From assembly GCA_013997645.1 (NCBI GenBank), contig PNKB01000003.1, positions 2,560 through 66,559 on the forward strand: a stretch of 64,000 nucleotides of DNA, in the 5' to 3' direction. The DNA comes from Cyanobacteria bacterium PR.3.49 (GTDB taxonomy: Bacteria > Cyanobacteriota > Vampirovibrionia > Obscuribacterales > Obscuribacteraceae). The notes under the pieces were generated by a model. It searched no databases. It worked only from the letters and a program-made list of their open reading frames with translations, and was not told the DNA's origin. Below, piece after piece: positions 1 to 9,257 of this stretch. Every line of letters begins with the position of its first letter. Within the stretch, counting starts at the first letter, position 1. The position numbers and the translations under genes were made by a program.

Positions 1-280
1 CCTGTCCGTAATTTCCTTGGAAAGGAGAAGTTTGCATTGGTGCGCCGGAAGGTTGCGCACCGGCTGATTGTGAACCGAGGGTCTGCGGCCCTGGCGCCCA
101 GGTAGGCGGCGGCGTATTGGCTGGCCCATTGATTGGAGGCGCGGTCAAGGACTTGCCCGCGTCGAAATCTTTGAGCAAATCATCTTTGCTTTGATTGAGA
201 ATGGACTGCGCGCCCGCTGCCGTGCTTGCGATTGAAAAGCATAGGGCAACAAAAAACGATGCCTTCGTCGCACTCTTCAT
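1..280 (-). CDS. 5' part of a secreted hypothetical protein (continues beyond left edge of window)
   Basis: Absent from the ORF track because there is no stop in the window. My minus-strand translation from ATG (280-278) stays open to position 1: MKSATKASFFVALCFSIASTAAGAQS..., a signal-peptide-like N-terminus followed by P/Q/G-rich sequence. GGAG lies 8 nt upstream of the ATG. Confidence 0.45.
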   Translation of the reverse strand, partial: MKSATKASFFVALCFSIASTAAGAQSILNQSKDDLLKDFDAGKSLTAPPINGPANTPPPTWAPGPQTLGSQSAGAQPSGAPMQTSPFQGNYGQ

Positions 281-357
281 CTTCGCTTCTCCGCTTCTAG
301 TTTTTGTCATGACCCGGTCTTTCGGAAATCATGATTTTACATCACTGGTGCAAATCG

Positions 358-861
358 CTATTTCACTTGTGCTTTATTCTCAGCTGCAGTTTTTACGCGC
401 GCCAGGCGTGCATCGATCTTCTTTTGAAGGAAAGTGTTGGTGACGCCTCTTGCATACGGCAAGCCAGTGTCCAACACCGACTGCAAGGACAAGCTGACGC
501 CTGAGGGGTTTTCCTCAATAACCCAGCTGCCGTACATTTCTTTGAACTTGTCGGAGCGGACCATCTTGTAGTCAATCCGCTTCATCGGTGTTTCTTCCTG
601 AACCATCAAACAGGTTGCTTCGCCAACTATAGGGATAGTATTGAATTTCTGCTCCAGAAGTACGCGATTGCCTTTCTGCTCAACAACTTTGCTGTAGCTT
701 ATATCAGGATCGTTGGAGCGCTCGGTGTGCACTGCGTCCCAAACCGCCTGGGCCGGCGCATTGATATCGACTTTTCCGGTTACCGCATCATTGGGTGCCT
801 GACAGAACCCTGCTGTCTGTGCGATGGACAGTGCTGCAAGAAGACAGAAAATTTTCTTCAT
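358..861 (-). CDS. secreted hypothetical protein, possibly SRPBCC/START-like fold
   Basis: ORF 358..885. The ATG at 861 gives the signal peptide MKKIFCLLAALSIAQTAGFCQA (the track start at 885 is TTG). The fold guess is by eye only. Confidence 0.55.
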   Translation of the reverse strand: MKKIFCLLAALSIAQTAGFCQAPNDAVTGKVDINAPAQAVWDAVHTERSNDPDISYSKVVEQKGNRVLLEQKFNTIPIVGEATCLMVQEETPMKRIDYKMVRSDKFKEMYGSWVIEENPSGVSLSLQSVLDTGLPYARGVTNTFLQKKIDARLARVKTAAENKAQVK

Positions 862-1008
862 GAATTTGCTTCCAGTTTGAGACAACCGCTACTTAGCTAA
901 GAGATGCTCCGCCGAGAAATTAGGTTCCCCGTGTCAATCGTGCAAATTGTACGTTTTCGCGGTGACGCCCGTTAGTTAATCTGCAAAAATTGAACTTTTG
1001 TTTGTGGA

Positions 1009-1998
1009 GTGAGTAATCAGGTGACCAAAGCTAGCCGGCCCTCGGATGGGTCCGATAAACCATTGGCGGGGCAAGAACCATTACAGGCTGGGAAAAGCAA
1101 GATTGCTTACCTCGGTCTGGGCTTGATGGGCGAGGCGATGGCAGTTAATCTCGCCCGAGCCGGGCTGAGCGTCACCGGCTGGAATCGCACTGCCGGAAAG
1201 CCTGCAGAGGCTGCACTATTGCAGGCAGGCGGCAAGTTTGAAAAGTCGCTCTCTGATGCAGTCGCTGATGCGGACATTATCTTCACCTGCCTGGGAGACA
1301 TCGGCGATGTGGAAGAGGTCGTGCTGGGCAGGGCAGGCGTTTCCCATGCTGCAAAAGAGGGGGCTATTGTCGCCGACTTTTCGACAATCGGACCGGAGGC
1401 GGCAAAAAATATATATGAAGGTTTGAAAGCGAAGCAAATGCATTTTCTCGATGCGCCTGTCACCGGCGGCGACGTCGGTGCGCGCAATGCGACCTTGACG
1501 ATCATGGTGGGCGGCGATGAGGAGCCTTTCCAGAGAACGCTTTTCGCCTTCGAGAAAATGGGCAAAACCGTGAAATATTGCGGACCATCAGGCTCAGGTC
1601 AAGCGTTGAAGCTTTGCAATCAGATCTTGTGTGCGGTAAACATGATCTCTGTTTGCGAGGCGTTTCAATTGGCAAAAAGCCTGGGCGTGGATGAAAACTT
1701 GATTGTTGACGTACTTTCGGCCGGCGCCGGTGGATCGTGGGCCCTTACGAATTTGGGTGCGCGCATAATCAAGTCCGATCTCAAACCAGGATTTGCGCTC
1801 AAACACATGCTCAAAGATTTGCGTTTGGTTTTCGAAAACATTGATGGACAGTCCGACTTGTTGCCAGGTACAAAGATGGCTCAGGATTTGTTTAAGCAAG
1901 TTGAGCAAAGTGCTCAGAGTCGTGGTGGCGCATCTGGTGGCGCAGGCGACGCGCTCGGAACGCAAGCGATGATACTTGCATATGACAGTCGTGAATGA
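1009..1998 (+). CDS. NAD(P)-dependent beta-hydroxyacid dehydrogenase family oxidoreductase (3-hydroxyisobutyrate dehydrogenase-like)
   Basis: Rossmann motif IAYLGLGLMGEAMAVNL and family blocks FLDAPVTGG and GSGQALKLCNQ. The GTG start gives a ~30-aa N-terminal extension, so the exact start is uncertain. Confidence 0.85.
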   Translation: MSNQVTKASRPSDGSDKPLAGQEPLQAGKSKIAYLGLGLMGEAMAVNLARAGLSVTGWNRTAGKPAEAALLQAGGKFEKSLSDAVADADIIFTCLGDIGDVEEVVLGRAGVSHAAKEGAIVADFSTIGPEAAKNIYEGLKAKQMHFLDAPVTGGDVGARNATLTIMVGGDEEPFQRTLFAFEKMGKTVKYCGPSGSGQALKLCNQILCAVNMISVCEAFQLAKSLGVDENLIVDVLSAGAGGSWALTNLGARIIKSDLKPGFALKHMLKDLRLVFENIDGQSDLLPGTKMAQDLFKQVEQSAQSRGGASGGAGDALGTQAMILAYDSRE

Positions 1999-2056
1999 CC
2001 GCATCCGACTGCTAAAATAACGACTATCGAGAATTGTGGGCAAAGGATACAACTAG

Positions 2057-2650
2057 ATGAGTACTCAGACGAAAATCTTTTTCGTCGATGACGATCGAGT
2101 CGTCCGCACATGTTTGCGCCATTTTCTAAAGAAGTTCGAGGACTTCGAATTAATCGGGGAAGCCGAAGACGGCACTTCTGCTGTGGATTCGATACTCAAT
2201 CTTTCGCCGTCGGTTGCTCTTGTCGACATCGGATTGCCCCGCATTAACGGCATCGAAGTCACCCGCAAAGTCAAAGCGGCGCTGCCTGACTGCAAAGTGC
2301 TCATGCTGACGTCCAGCGATGATGCTAACGACATCTTTGCTTCTCTTGATGCCGGAGCCGATGGATACGTGCTTAAAGGCGATCTGGCGGCAAATCTGGA
2401 GATTGCTATCCGCTCGGTGAGAGTAGGCTCAGTTTGGCTCGATCCCGGCATTGCGCGGATTGTGCTTGACTCCTCCAACCACAACCGCAGTCTCGGTAAT
2501 GTTTCGCAATCCGGGATGCTGTCTACCGATGAGGCGGAATTGCTTGGCAAAGTGGCGGGTGCCGATTGTCAGGACGGTGTTTGCCTGGTCGATTCGGCAT
2601 TCTTGAAGAGACTTAAGCGCCTTTCTCGCGTGGACATTAATCAGCCCTGA
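2057..2650 (+). CDS. response regulator (CheY-like receiver) with degenerate C-terminal output region
   Basis: Receiver pattern FFVDDD ... ALVDIGLP ... VLMLTSS ... GADGYVLKG. The C-terminal ~70 aa only faintly resemble a LuxR-type HTH (LSTDEAELLGKVAG...). Confidence 0.85.
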   Translation: MSTQTKIFFVDDDRVVRTCLRHFLKKFEDFELIGEAEDGTSAVDSILNLSPSVALVDIGLPRINGIEVTRKVKAALPDCKVLMLTSSDDANDIFASLDAGADGYVLKGDLAANLEIAIRSVRVGSVWLDPGIARIVLDSSNHNRSLGNVSQSGMLSTDEAELLGKVAGADCQDGVCLVDSAFLKRLKRLSRVDINQP

Positions 2651-2769
2651 GGCGCCATGCGGCGTTGAGCCGGATCTTGTACTATTGCAAGCTGTGCAGA
2701 ATTAAATGCTTGGCCTATAAATTCTCAGCCAGGCTAGTTAGGATCTGCCCACTTGTCACAGCCACATTG

Positions 2770-2979
2770 ATGACGGAGATATTTGGCATGCTGCAAACCG
2801 CTGAAACTTCCGTGGACACATCCATTTTGGATGAAATGGTTCACTGGATTAAAACCTTGAAAGACGTTGGCGTAAGCCCTGACACCGCCGCAAAATGCAC
2901 AAGCGATTTCTTTATCGCTGCCGGCGTTGCAACCACAGAGGAAGTCTGGGACGACGAAGAAGGCGACGAAGAAGAATAA
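2770..2979 (+). CDS. small acidic hypothetical protein (69 aa from internal ATG)
   Basis: ORF 2665..2979. The ATG at 2770 gives MTEIFGMLQ... with the acidic tail WDDEEGDEEE. No clear SD and no recognisable domain. Confidence 0.3.
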   Translation: MTEIFGMLQTAETSVDTSILDEMVHWIKTLKDVGVSPDTAAKCTSDFFIAAGVATTEEVWDDEEGDEEE

Positions 2980-3199
2980 ATCTAAACTTTCCTCTTTCAA
3001 ACCATATTTAAGAGACGGCTTTCCTGATTTTGCAGGGGAGCCGTTATCTTTATCGGCAATCTTGAATTGAGCGTCATATGAATATTTGTTCGACTCTCGG
3101 ATGATAATTGCGCCATGAAAGGTTTTTGGGCTTACAGTCTTCTTGGCTATTGCCTTATTGTGGTATCCCGGATTGGTTGCCAGATTTAGGTTTTGGGTC

Positions 3200-4129
3200 A
3201 TGAGATTGGCACTGACAGCCCGACAAATGCGCAAGAGCAATAAGATAACCGCTAGAGTGCTTTCCTTGAGCGCCAGCGTTTGTCTGGTGCTAGGCTTGGC
3301 GCCGTTCATAACTGGCTGTCAGTCGCAAAAGGCGACCGATCCTCGCACGCTCACACCGATGGTTTGCGTGGAAGGCTCGGATACCATGGGCGATTTGCTA
3401 AAAATCTGGGCGGATGAGTTTATGAAGACCAACCCGTCAGTGCCTGTTTCAATCAACAAAGGCGACACTTCGCAGGGGATTGCCGCTTTGATCTCTCGCA
3501 CTACGGATCTGGCGTCTGCCTCGCGTGACCTCACTGATGAGGAAGTCGTGCTTTCGCACAAGAATAAAGTCCGCTTGAAGAAAGTCGCTGTCGCCAGAGA
3601 CTCTGTAGCCGTCTTCGTCAACGCTGAAAATCCTGTCGAAGATCTGACGATGGAAGAGCTTAAAGGCATCTTTAGCGGAAACATAACCAATTGGTCGAAA
3701 GTGGGCGGCAAGGACGAGCCGATTGAAGTGTTTGCGCGTGAAGACGGCTCGGGCACCAGCAAATTTTTTGTCGGGCACGTGCTTAGAAAAGACAAAATTA
3801 CCCAGAACGCCAAAACTGTTGAATCGATTGAAATAATGATGGATTCAATTGCTACCCATAAAAATGCCATTGGATATGCGGGCATGGGTGCAGACAGTGA
3901 AGTGCATGGAAAGGTGAAGTCACTGAAATTGCAGCTCATCAACGGTGGTACCGCAGTTGGTGCCACAGTGGCAACGGCCATCACCGGTTATCCGCTCAGT
4001 CGTCCCTTGTTTATGTTCATGGATCACAATCCCAAACCCTCGGCGCAAAAGTTTATCGATTTCTGCCTTAGCGATGAGGGGCAAAAGCTCGTTGAGAAGG
4101 CAGGTTACGCCAGCATTGACCGCAAATAA
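3200..4129 (+). CDS. pstS: phosphate ABC transporter substrate-binding protein, PstS family (lipoprotein)
   Basis: PBP-like blocks EGSDTMGDLL, SASRDLTDEE and EDGSGTSKFF. The ATG at 3200 gives a signal peptide with the lipobox-like FITGC. No pstCAB genes are adjacent. Confidence 0.8.
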   Translation: MRLALTARQMRKSNKITARVLSLSASVCLVLGLAPFITGCQSQKATDPRTLTPMVCVEGSDTMGDLLKIWADEFMKTNPSVPVSINKGDTSQGIAALISRTTDLASASRDLTDEEVVLSHKNKVRLKKVAVARDSVAVFVNAENPVEDLTMEELKGIFSGNITNWSKVGGKDEPIEVFAREDGSGTSKFFVGHVLRKDKITQNAKTVESIEIMMDSIATHKNAIGYAGMGADSEVHGKVKSLKLQLINGGTAVGATVATAITGYPLSRPLFMFMDHNPKPSAQKFIDFCLSDEGQKLVEKAGYASIDRK

Positions 4130-4166
4130 GTGGACAAACTAATCCCAGACAAGGTTTGCTTGAGTC

Positions 4167-4457
4167 TCAATCGAAATGATGAGAAAGCTTTGCTTGAGAC
4201 CGGTGTCGAGTATGGCCAGGCTTTGATTTATGGTGCGTCCGTGCCGCTTTAGTTTCGCTGGCCGGCTGTTTGGCGCCGTTGGCAGCGATATTGGTCTGGT
4301 GCACACTTTTATGCGAGCTTGGCGGTTTTGGACGGGTGCTGTCCATCAACAAGAAAGTGCTGCCCGCAGCGACGATACCGACGAAACCAATGACGAGCAT
4401 CGGTTTGGCAATGCGAGCTGACGATTGCGATTGTCTGAGGGCATAGGTGCTGTTCAT
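4167..4457 (-). CDS. hypothetical membrane-anchored basic protein
   Basis: A single predicted TM helix (PMLVIGFVGIVAAGSTFLLM) is followed by a K/H/R-rich tail. No homology recognised. Confidence 0.45.
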   Translation of the reverse strand: MNSTYALRQSQSSARIAKPMLVIGFVGIVAAGSTFLLMDSTRPKPPSSHKSVHQTNIAANGAKQPASETKAARTHHKSKPGHTRHRSQAKLSHHFD

Positions 4458-4480
4458 GGCAAAAATCCTTTATGAAAAGT

Positions 4481-4514
4481 CCAGCCGCACGGTTACGGCT
4501 GGTCTCGTTTTTTT
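4481..4514. terminator. GC-rich hairpin plus T-run (terminator-like, strand assignment ambiguous)
   Basis: CCAGCCG-cacggtta-CGGCTGG, then tctcg and TTTTTTT on the + strand. The minus-strand reading has only ACTTTTC after the stem. It lies between two minus-strand ORFs. Confidence 0.4.
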
Positions 4515-4605
4515 GATTATGTAGGTTTGGGCGAACCGTGTTTTTCGAATATTGCTAGGCTACCACCGCCCGCTTGGCAACCCTGGTTTTTTTATAAACC
4601 CTTAG

Positions 4606-4893
4606 CTAATCGAACGAAATCACGCTGCCGGTGGCAATTGCCTGTCTAAGCTGTGCTGCTGCCACTGGTGTCATTTTGTCCAAAATTCTCTTTGCCATCT
4701 CGTAGTCTTGTCCGTAGCTGGAAGCTCGATCAACATAGTGCTGCAATTCGACAGCCGCTTTTACATCACCGGCTTTTGCCTTCACCCAATTGCGGCTGAA
4801 GAAGTCGGCAAGCATAGACGTGACTTTATCGTCATCGATCTGTCCGAGTGGTTTAAAAGCAACTGGCGCGCATGCATTTACTGTTAGTGTCAT
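4606..4893 (-). CDS. hypothetical protein (95 aa)
   Basis: ATG start with GAGG 7 nt upstream. No domain recognised. Confidence 0.5.
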   Translation of the reverse strand: MTLTVNACAPVAFKPLGQIDDDKVTSMLADFFSRNWVKAKAGDVKAAVELQHYVDRASSYGQDYEMAKRILDKMTPVAAAQLRQAIATGSVISFD

Positions 4894-5013
4894 CGATCGG
4901 CCTCTACAGGGGGGACTGGCAACAGACTCGCCTTACTCATGTGAGTTCTGCGTGAAACCTGCGCCGTATAATTCCCACTCGGTGCGTATTTTGTTGGCTC
5001 GCCAACAAAGCTT

Positions 5014-5460
5014 TTAAATTTGAGGTGAAGTTTTTCGCTGCCGCTCCAAATGCTCTTGCACTGCTCTCCAGCGATGATCTTTTTGGAAATATTCGATGGC
5101 ACTTGCCACTACTTCGTCACGTGTATCAAATTGCATTTCGAATGCGCATGGAGCATCGCTTGCATTTGCAAGGCAAGATTTCGCCACCCACTTATCCTTA
5201 GCGCCGAATAGCCAGAGCTTGTGATCACCGTCGATGACGGTTATCCGAATACCGCCGTTACCCTCACCATCGACATCTGCAACTTTTTCACTGTAAACCG
5301 CGAGCCCGGCATTACGCATGCGCTGCAAATGAGGAGTTTCGAAATTCGTCATTGGAGAAGTGTCCCAAGTAGCCCCGAACTTTGTGAAACAATTATTCCA
5401 CGTATACCTCATCTGGTGGAGAGCCAGTCGAGTTCGACTCTGGTAACGGCCTGAGCGCAT
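5014..5460 (-). CDS. hypothetical protein (start uncertain)
   Basis: 148-aa ORF with several in-frame Met candidates. No domain recognised. Confidence 0.45.
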   Translation of the reverse strand: MRSGRYQSRTRLALHQMRYTWNNCFTKFGATWDTSPMTNFETPHLQRMRNAGLAVYSEKVADVDGEGNGGIRITVIDGDHKLWLFGAKDKWVAKSCLANASDAPCAFEMQFDTRDEVVASAIEYFQKDHRWRAVQEHLERQRKTSPQI

Positions 5461-5500
5461 TACCTAACTTTTAGACTGACTGAAGGGACGTCGCTAACGA

Positions 5501-5701
5501 CTAACCAAAGGTGCCGGTCTGTTTCTCATCGCTGTCCGCGACATCTCTTTTGTCGGCGGGCTTTTCGTGGTTTTTCTTCACGTAGTAATTGACCAGAGAA
5601 TCCCTGATTTCACGAGCTTTCTCTTTCTGACCCATAATGTCATAGTAATTTGCCAGCCACTGCAATTCTCGAAATATAGCGGAGTAACTTTTGTCCAACA
5701 T
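5501..5701 (-). CDS. small hypothetical protein (66 aa from ATG 5701)
   Basis: ORF 5501..5758. The internal ATG gives MLDKSYSAIFRELQWLANYYDIMGQKEKAREI..., a single TPR-like helix pair. Confidence 0.4.
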   Translation of the reverse strand: MLDKSYSAIFRELQWLANYYDIMGQKEKAREIRDSLVNYYVKKNHEKPADKRDVADSDEKQTGTFG

Positions 5702-6003
5702 AATAACTGCTCGATCGGTAATCCTTTTTGGGCCGCCGCAACGGCTTATATAAACCAATTCTAGTCACTCGTTGAATTTAAAGCCAAGGTATAGTTGTGG
5801 TGCCGAATAAATGTACCTCGTGATTTATCAATGTTTATGCGCCTCTCGGCCGCATTCTGGCGACAGGCGTGTGCATATTTGCATACAAGGAATACTGTCC
5901 TAAATAAGGGGCCGATTGTTCGAATCCCTGAAATAATCGATAAATAGGAGACTTCGAAGCTTCTGCTGCCAGGCACCATTTGCGAGCCTGTGCGTAATTC
6001 AGC

Positions 6004-6501
6004 TTAACCAAACTGAACTCTTTTCCCTTTAAGAGGCTTTGTAATAATGCTAAATCTGCCCTCGAGGATTTTGTTTTCGGCAAGCCTTAGCAATGTTTTT
6101 CTTGCCCGGAAAGCAACGTAGGGGTTTTCGTCTTCAGTCAACGCCTCCAGCACCAGGGCAGGCATACTGTGGTTTTCTGCAATGGCGTAGCGGACGTCTG
6201 CGCTTTCGTCATTAACCAATCTGACGATAATATCGTGAACAGTACTGGCATTATCAGCGACTGCTGTGCGTACCGTTGAGCAGCAATGTTGCGCCAGCTT
6301 CGAAAGAAACTCCTGCGGAGTGGACGGATTTTCCGCCACCCTTTCCTGAATCCAGGTCGGAGAGCCCTCTGCCAGATCTGCCAGTATGCGCGCAGGTGTA
6401 CTCGGATTTACTGCTGCTGCAAATTTCTTCTGCATCTCTTCACTCCTCAGAGCAGATAAGGCGGCAGACTCACCCATTGATGGTGTATTGCCCTGTTCCA
6501 T
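6004..6501 (-). CDS. leucine-rich-repeat-variant (LRV)/HEAT-like repeat protein
   Basis: Repeated NPSTP...L..LA / VR.A.AEN units (AVNPSTPARILADLA, AENPSTPQEFLSKLA, DVRYAIAENHSMP). Confidence 0.6.
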   Translation of the reverse strand: MEQGNTPSMGESAALSALRSEEMQKKFAAAVNPSTPARILADLAEGSPTWIQERVAENPSTPQEFLSKLAQHCCSTVRTAVADNASTVHDIIVRLVNDESADVRYAIAENHSMPALVLEALTEDENPYVAFRARKTLLRLAENKILEGRFSIITKPLKGKRVQFG

Positions 6502-6662
6502 TGAAACAACCTCATGTACTCAGTCAAACCACAACCCAATACGCCCACATTACGAGTGTAGAACGAGGTGGCAAGTGACGCGTATAGGAAAGCTAATATT
6601 TTTGTATGGAGAAGACCCTGTGTTGATGCCGCTCGGCATAACGCGGTATGCCTCAGAGGGGA

Positions 6663-7883
6663 CTAAAACTGGTCCTTTTTGCCGTCGGGATAGAAAAATG
6701 ACAGCAAGCAAATGAGGACGATGAAGCCTGCAAGCCCTTTTTCTGTTTCGGAAAGATATTCGTAAGTGCGTCCGCCGAGGCCGCTGGAAATTACCAGCCA
6801 CACTCCCAGAAGGGCGGTGGCGGCGGTGATTGCGGCAAGTATGTTGCGGCGTGTTCCGGCTTGAACATCGAACACTTTCATGAGCGGGATCAATATAAGG
6901 ATAAGTAGTGATATTGCTAGCGGTGCCACAACAGCGGCCGGCTTGAAGATGATGAAGTTAATGATGCACGATACAAGGCAGGCCAGCCAGATGCCGAAGC
7001 AGGTAGTGGACATTCGCTCATCATCAGTGAGGATGCGTTTTCCGAATGGATCTAATAAGAGGAGCAAATTGAAAAATTTTCTCGCCGCTAATGAGGTGAT
7101 GAGGAAAAGAAACATCAAAGAGCGCAGCGGCGGTATGAAAAGAAGCACCAGAGCAAAGATGAGCGAAGCCCTTCTGTCCATATCTGACAATTTGAGTGTG
7201 ATGAAGGCGAACGGGTAATAGAGAGGGTTTCTCGCCTTCAGTGCTTCCAAAATTCCATCGCGCGCCCACTTTGAATTGGGATTTAGTCTGAGCGCTTCAC
7301 GATAATGTTCGGCCGATTCCTTCGGTTTTCCCTGACGAAATAATATTGACGCCTTGTTCGCATGCGAAACATCATTCTCTGGATCCTTGGCCAGTGCCAG
7401 GTCTACGCACTGTTCCGCTTCGCGATTTTTACCTAATTTTGAAAATGCAATTGCCCGGCAATTCAAGCAGTCTACATTTGTCGGCGAGACTTCCAGACCA
7501 AGTTCAGCCAACTCCAGAGCTTTTTTCCAATCGTCGCGCATCAGGTAAATCTCGGCCGCCATGCCGAAATAGGTGGCGCTGTGCGGATTGAGGCGAATCG
7601 CTTCTTCGATTCCGGCCAGTGCTTCTTTGTAGCGCCCCCAGTGGTAATAGACAAAAGAAATTGCGTAATGATTCCAGGCGTTGTCCGGCTCGAGCGTTAT
7701 GCATTCTTTGGTTTCTTTTATCGCCTCATCGAAGCGACCTTGCGCAGCCAGGGTCAAACCCAGCATGCCGTGAGCGTAAGCGTCGGTGGGCTGCTGCACC
7801 AATGCGAGTCTGAACTCTTCTTCCGCCAACTTGAATCGGCGCGTGTCGTATAAAAGCGAGCCTCGTTCGATGTGGTCAGTCAC
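6663..7883 (-). CDS. TPR-repeat protein with C-terminal multi-pass membrane domain
   Basis: The N-terminal ~220 aa are TPR units and the C-terminal half has about 6 hydrophobic helices. The GTG start at 7883 directly abuts the TAA stop of the upstream AAA gene. Confidence 0.75.
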   Translation of the reverse strand: MTDHIERGSLLYDTRRFKLAEEEFRLALVQQPTDAYAHGMLGLTLAAQGRFDEAIKETKECITLEPDNAWNHYAISFVYYHWGRYKEALAGIEEAIRLNPHSATYFGMAAEIYLMRDDWKKALELAELGLEVSPTNVDCLNCRAIAFSKLGKNREAEQCVDLALAKDPENDVSHANKASILFRQGKPKESAEHYREALRLNPNSKWARDGILEALKARNPLYYPFAFITLKLSDMDRRASLIFALVLLFIPPLRSLMFLFLITSLAARKFFNLLLLLDPFGKRILTDDERMSTTCFGIWLACLVSCIINFIIFKPAAVVAPLAISLLILILIPLMKVFDVQAGTRRNILAAITAATALLGVWLVISSGLGGRTYEYLSETEKGLAGFIVLICLLSFFYPDGKKDQF

Positions 7884-9257
7884 TTAGAGTTTCAGATACT
7901 TAACGATGTCGTCGTAGGCGCCGCCCTGGTTCGAGTAAAGCGCGTAATTTCGTGCGGTGGCGAACCATTCGGCCGTTGAAGGTTTGACATTGCGCGCGGA
8001 AGTTTCCAGATCTTTAGTTGTTATCGGTTTGGGAATGCCTTCCTTCATTGCCTGAGCAAGTTTCGCTTCCACAGCCTGATCGACAACGGCGAACAAATCC
8101 GCACCGGAGAATTTCTCCGTTTTCTTCGCCATCAATTCATAGTCGATGTCATCCACCGGTTTGCCTTTCAATGTCAAACGCAGGATATCCGCGCGCGCTT
8201 TATTGTCCGGTGGCGGAACAAAAATAATTCGGTCGAATCTGCCCGGTCTGCGAAACGCGCTGTCCAGGTGCCAGGGCGCGTTAGTGGCAGCAAGGATGAG
8301 AACACCTTCGTTGGAAGATTCAGCCCCGTCCATCTCGGTCAAAAACTGATTGATTGAATTGCGTCCGCCGCTCTTGCGCATGTCGCTGCGGCTGGCTGCC
8401 AGAGCGTCGACTTCGTCGAAGAACAGCACGCAGGGACGATTGCGGCGCGCAGTTTCGAAAATCTCGTGCATATGTTTTTCACTTTCACCGCACCACATAT
8501 CGAGAACATCGGTAATGCCGACACTAATGAAATTTGCCTTGATCTCACCGGCAGTGGCACGCGCTAAAAATGTTTTTCCACAACCAGGCGGGCCATACAT
8601 CAGGATGCCGCCGCCAATCTTCTTGCCGTACTGTTTGAACATCTCCTGGTTTTCGAGCGGATAGATGATCTTCATACGGATATGTTCTTTTACTTCCTCC
8701 ATGCCGCCGACGTTGTCGAAGGAAATATCGGATTTCTCGATGTCCAGGTTAAGAGTGTCGTCCCCGTCGTCATCATCATCCGCCAGCTCTCTGACTTTTC
8801 CGTCCGTGGTGACGCGACTTTCGGAGGCACCCTTTTGCTTGTACGGCAAATCGGCCAGGCCTAGGCGCTCGTACAAACCAAGATCGGTCATGGCCGGGTC
8901 TATCTGCACCGCGCGCTCGTATTCCTGACGGGCGCGTTCAACCTGGCCATCATTGAGAAGCAGGCGCGCATGGATGATCAAGGCCTTTGCCGCAGGCTTG
9001 GATTTCTTGAGCAAATCTTCGACTATGACCAGCGCCTGTGAATATTTGCCGAGCTGGTAACAGCTGTACGCCAGACCCAGCTTCGCTGTTTCGTTGCCCG
9101 GAGATAAGGTGAGAGCGGTGGCAAATTCCTTTTCCGCTTCGTCGTATCGAGCGCTGGAATTAAGCATGTCGCCCAGATGAATGCGCAGCGGCGCGTTGTC
9201 CGGCGACACTTTCAGGGCATCTTTGAGGGCATTGATCGATTCTTCGTTGGCAGTCAT
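7884..9257 (-). CDS. TPR-domain-fused classical AAA+ ATPase (CDC48/Vps4/FtsH-type module)
   Basis: N-terminal TPRs. Walker A GPPGCGKT, Walker B VLFFDEVD, and SRH/arginine-finger region ATNAPWHLDSAFRRPGRFD. Confidence 0.9.
   Translation of the reverse strand: MTANEESINALKDALKVSPDNAPLRIHLGDMLNSSARYDEAEKEFATALTLSPGNETAKLGLAYSCYQLGKYSQALVIVEDLLKKSKPAAKALIIHARLLLNDGQVERARQEYERAVQIDPAMTDLGLYERLGLADLPYKQKGASESRVTTDGKVRELADDDDDGDDTLNLDIEKSDISFDNVGGMEEVKEHIRMKIIYPLENQEMFKQYGKKIGGGILMYGPPGCGKTFLARATAGEIKANFISVGITDVLDMWCGESEKHMHEIFETARRNRPCVLFFDEVDALAASRSDMRKSGGRNSINQFLTEMDGAESSNEGVLILAATNAPWHLDSAFRRPGRFDRIIFVPPPDNKARADILRLTLKGKPVDDIDYELMAKKTEKFSGADLFAVVDQAVEAKLAQAMKEGIPKPITTKDLETSARNVKPSTAEWFATARNYALYSNQGGAYDDIVKYLKL

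Noticed and set aside
195-443. 82-aa + strand ORF
   Set aside because: It overlaps the starts and ends of two better-supported minus-strand genes.
3319-3984. 221-aa minus-strand ORF
   Set aside because: It is antisense to the PstS-family gene and has no motifs.
5761-6083. Overlapping 72-aa and 82-aa minus-strand ORFs
   Set aside because: They overlap each other and the 3' end of the LRV-repeat gene in different frames. They have no SD or motifs, so I treated this as an intergenic gap.
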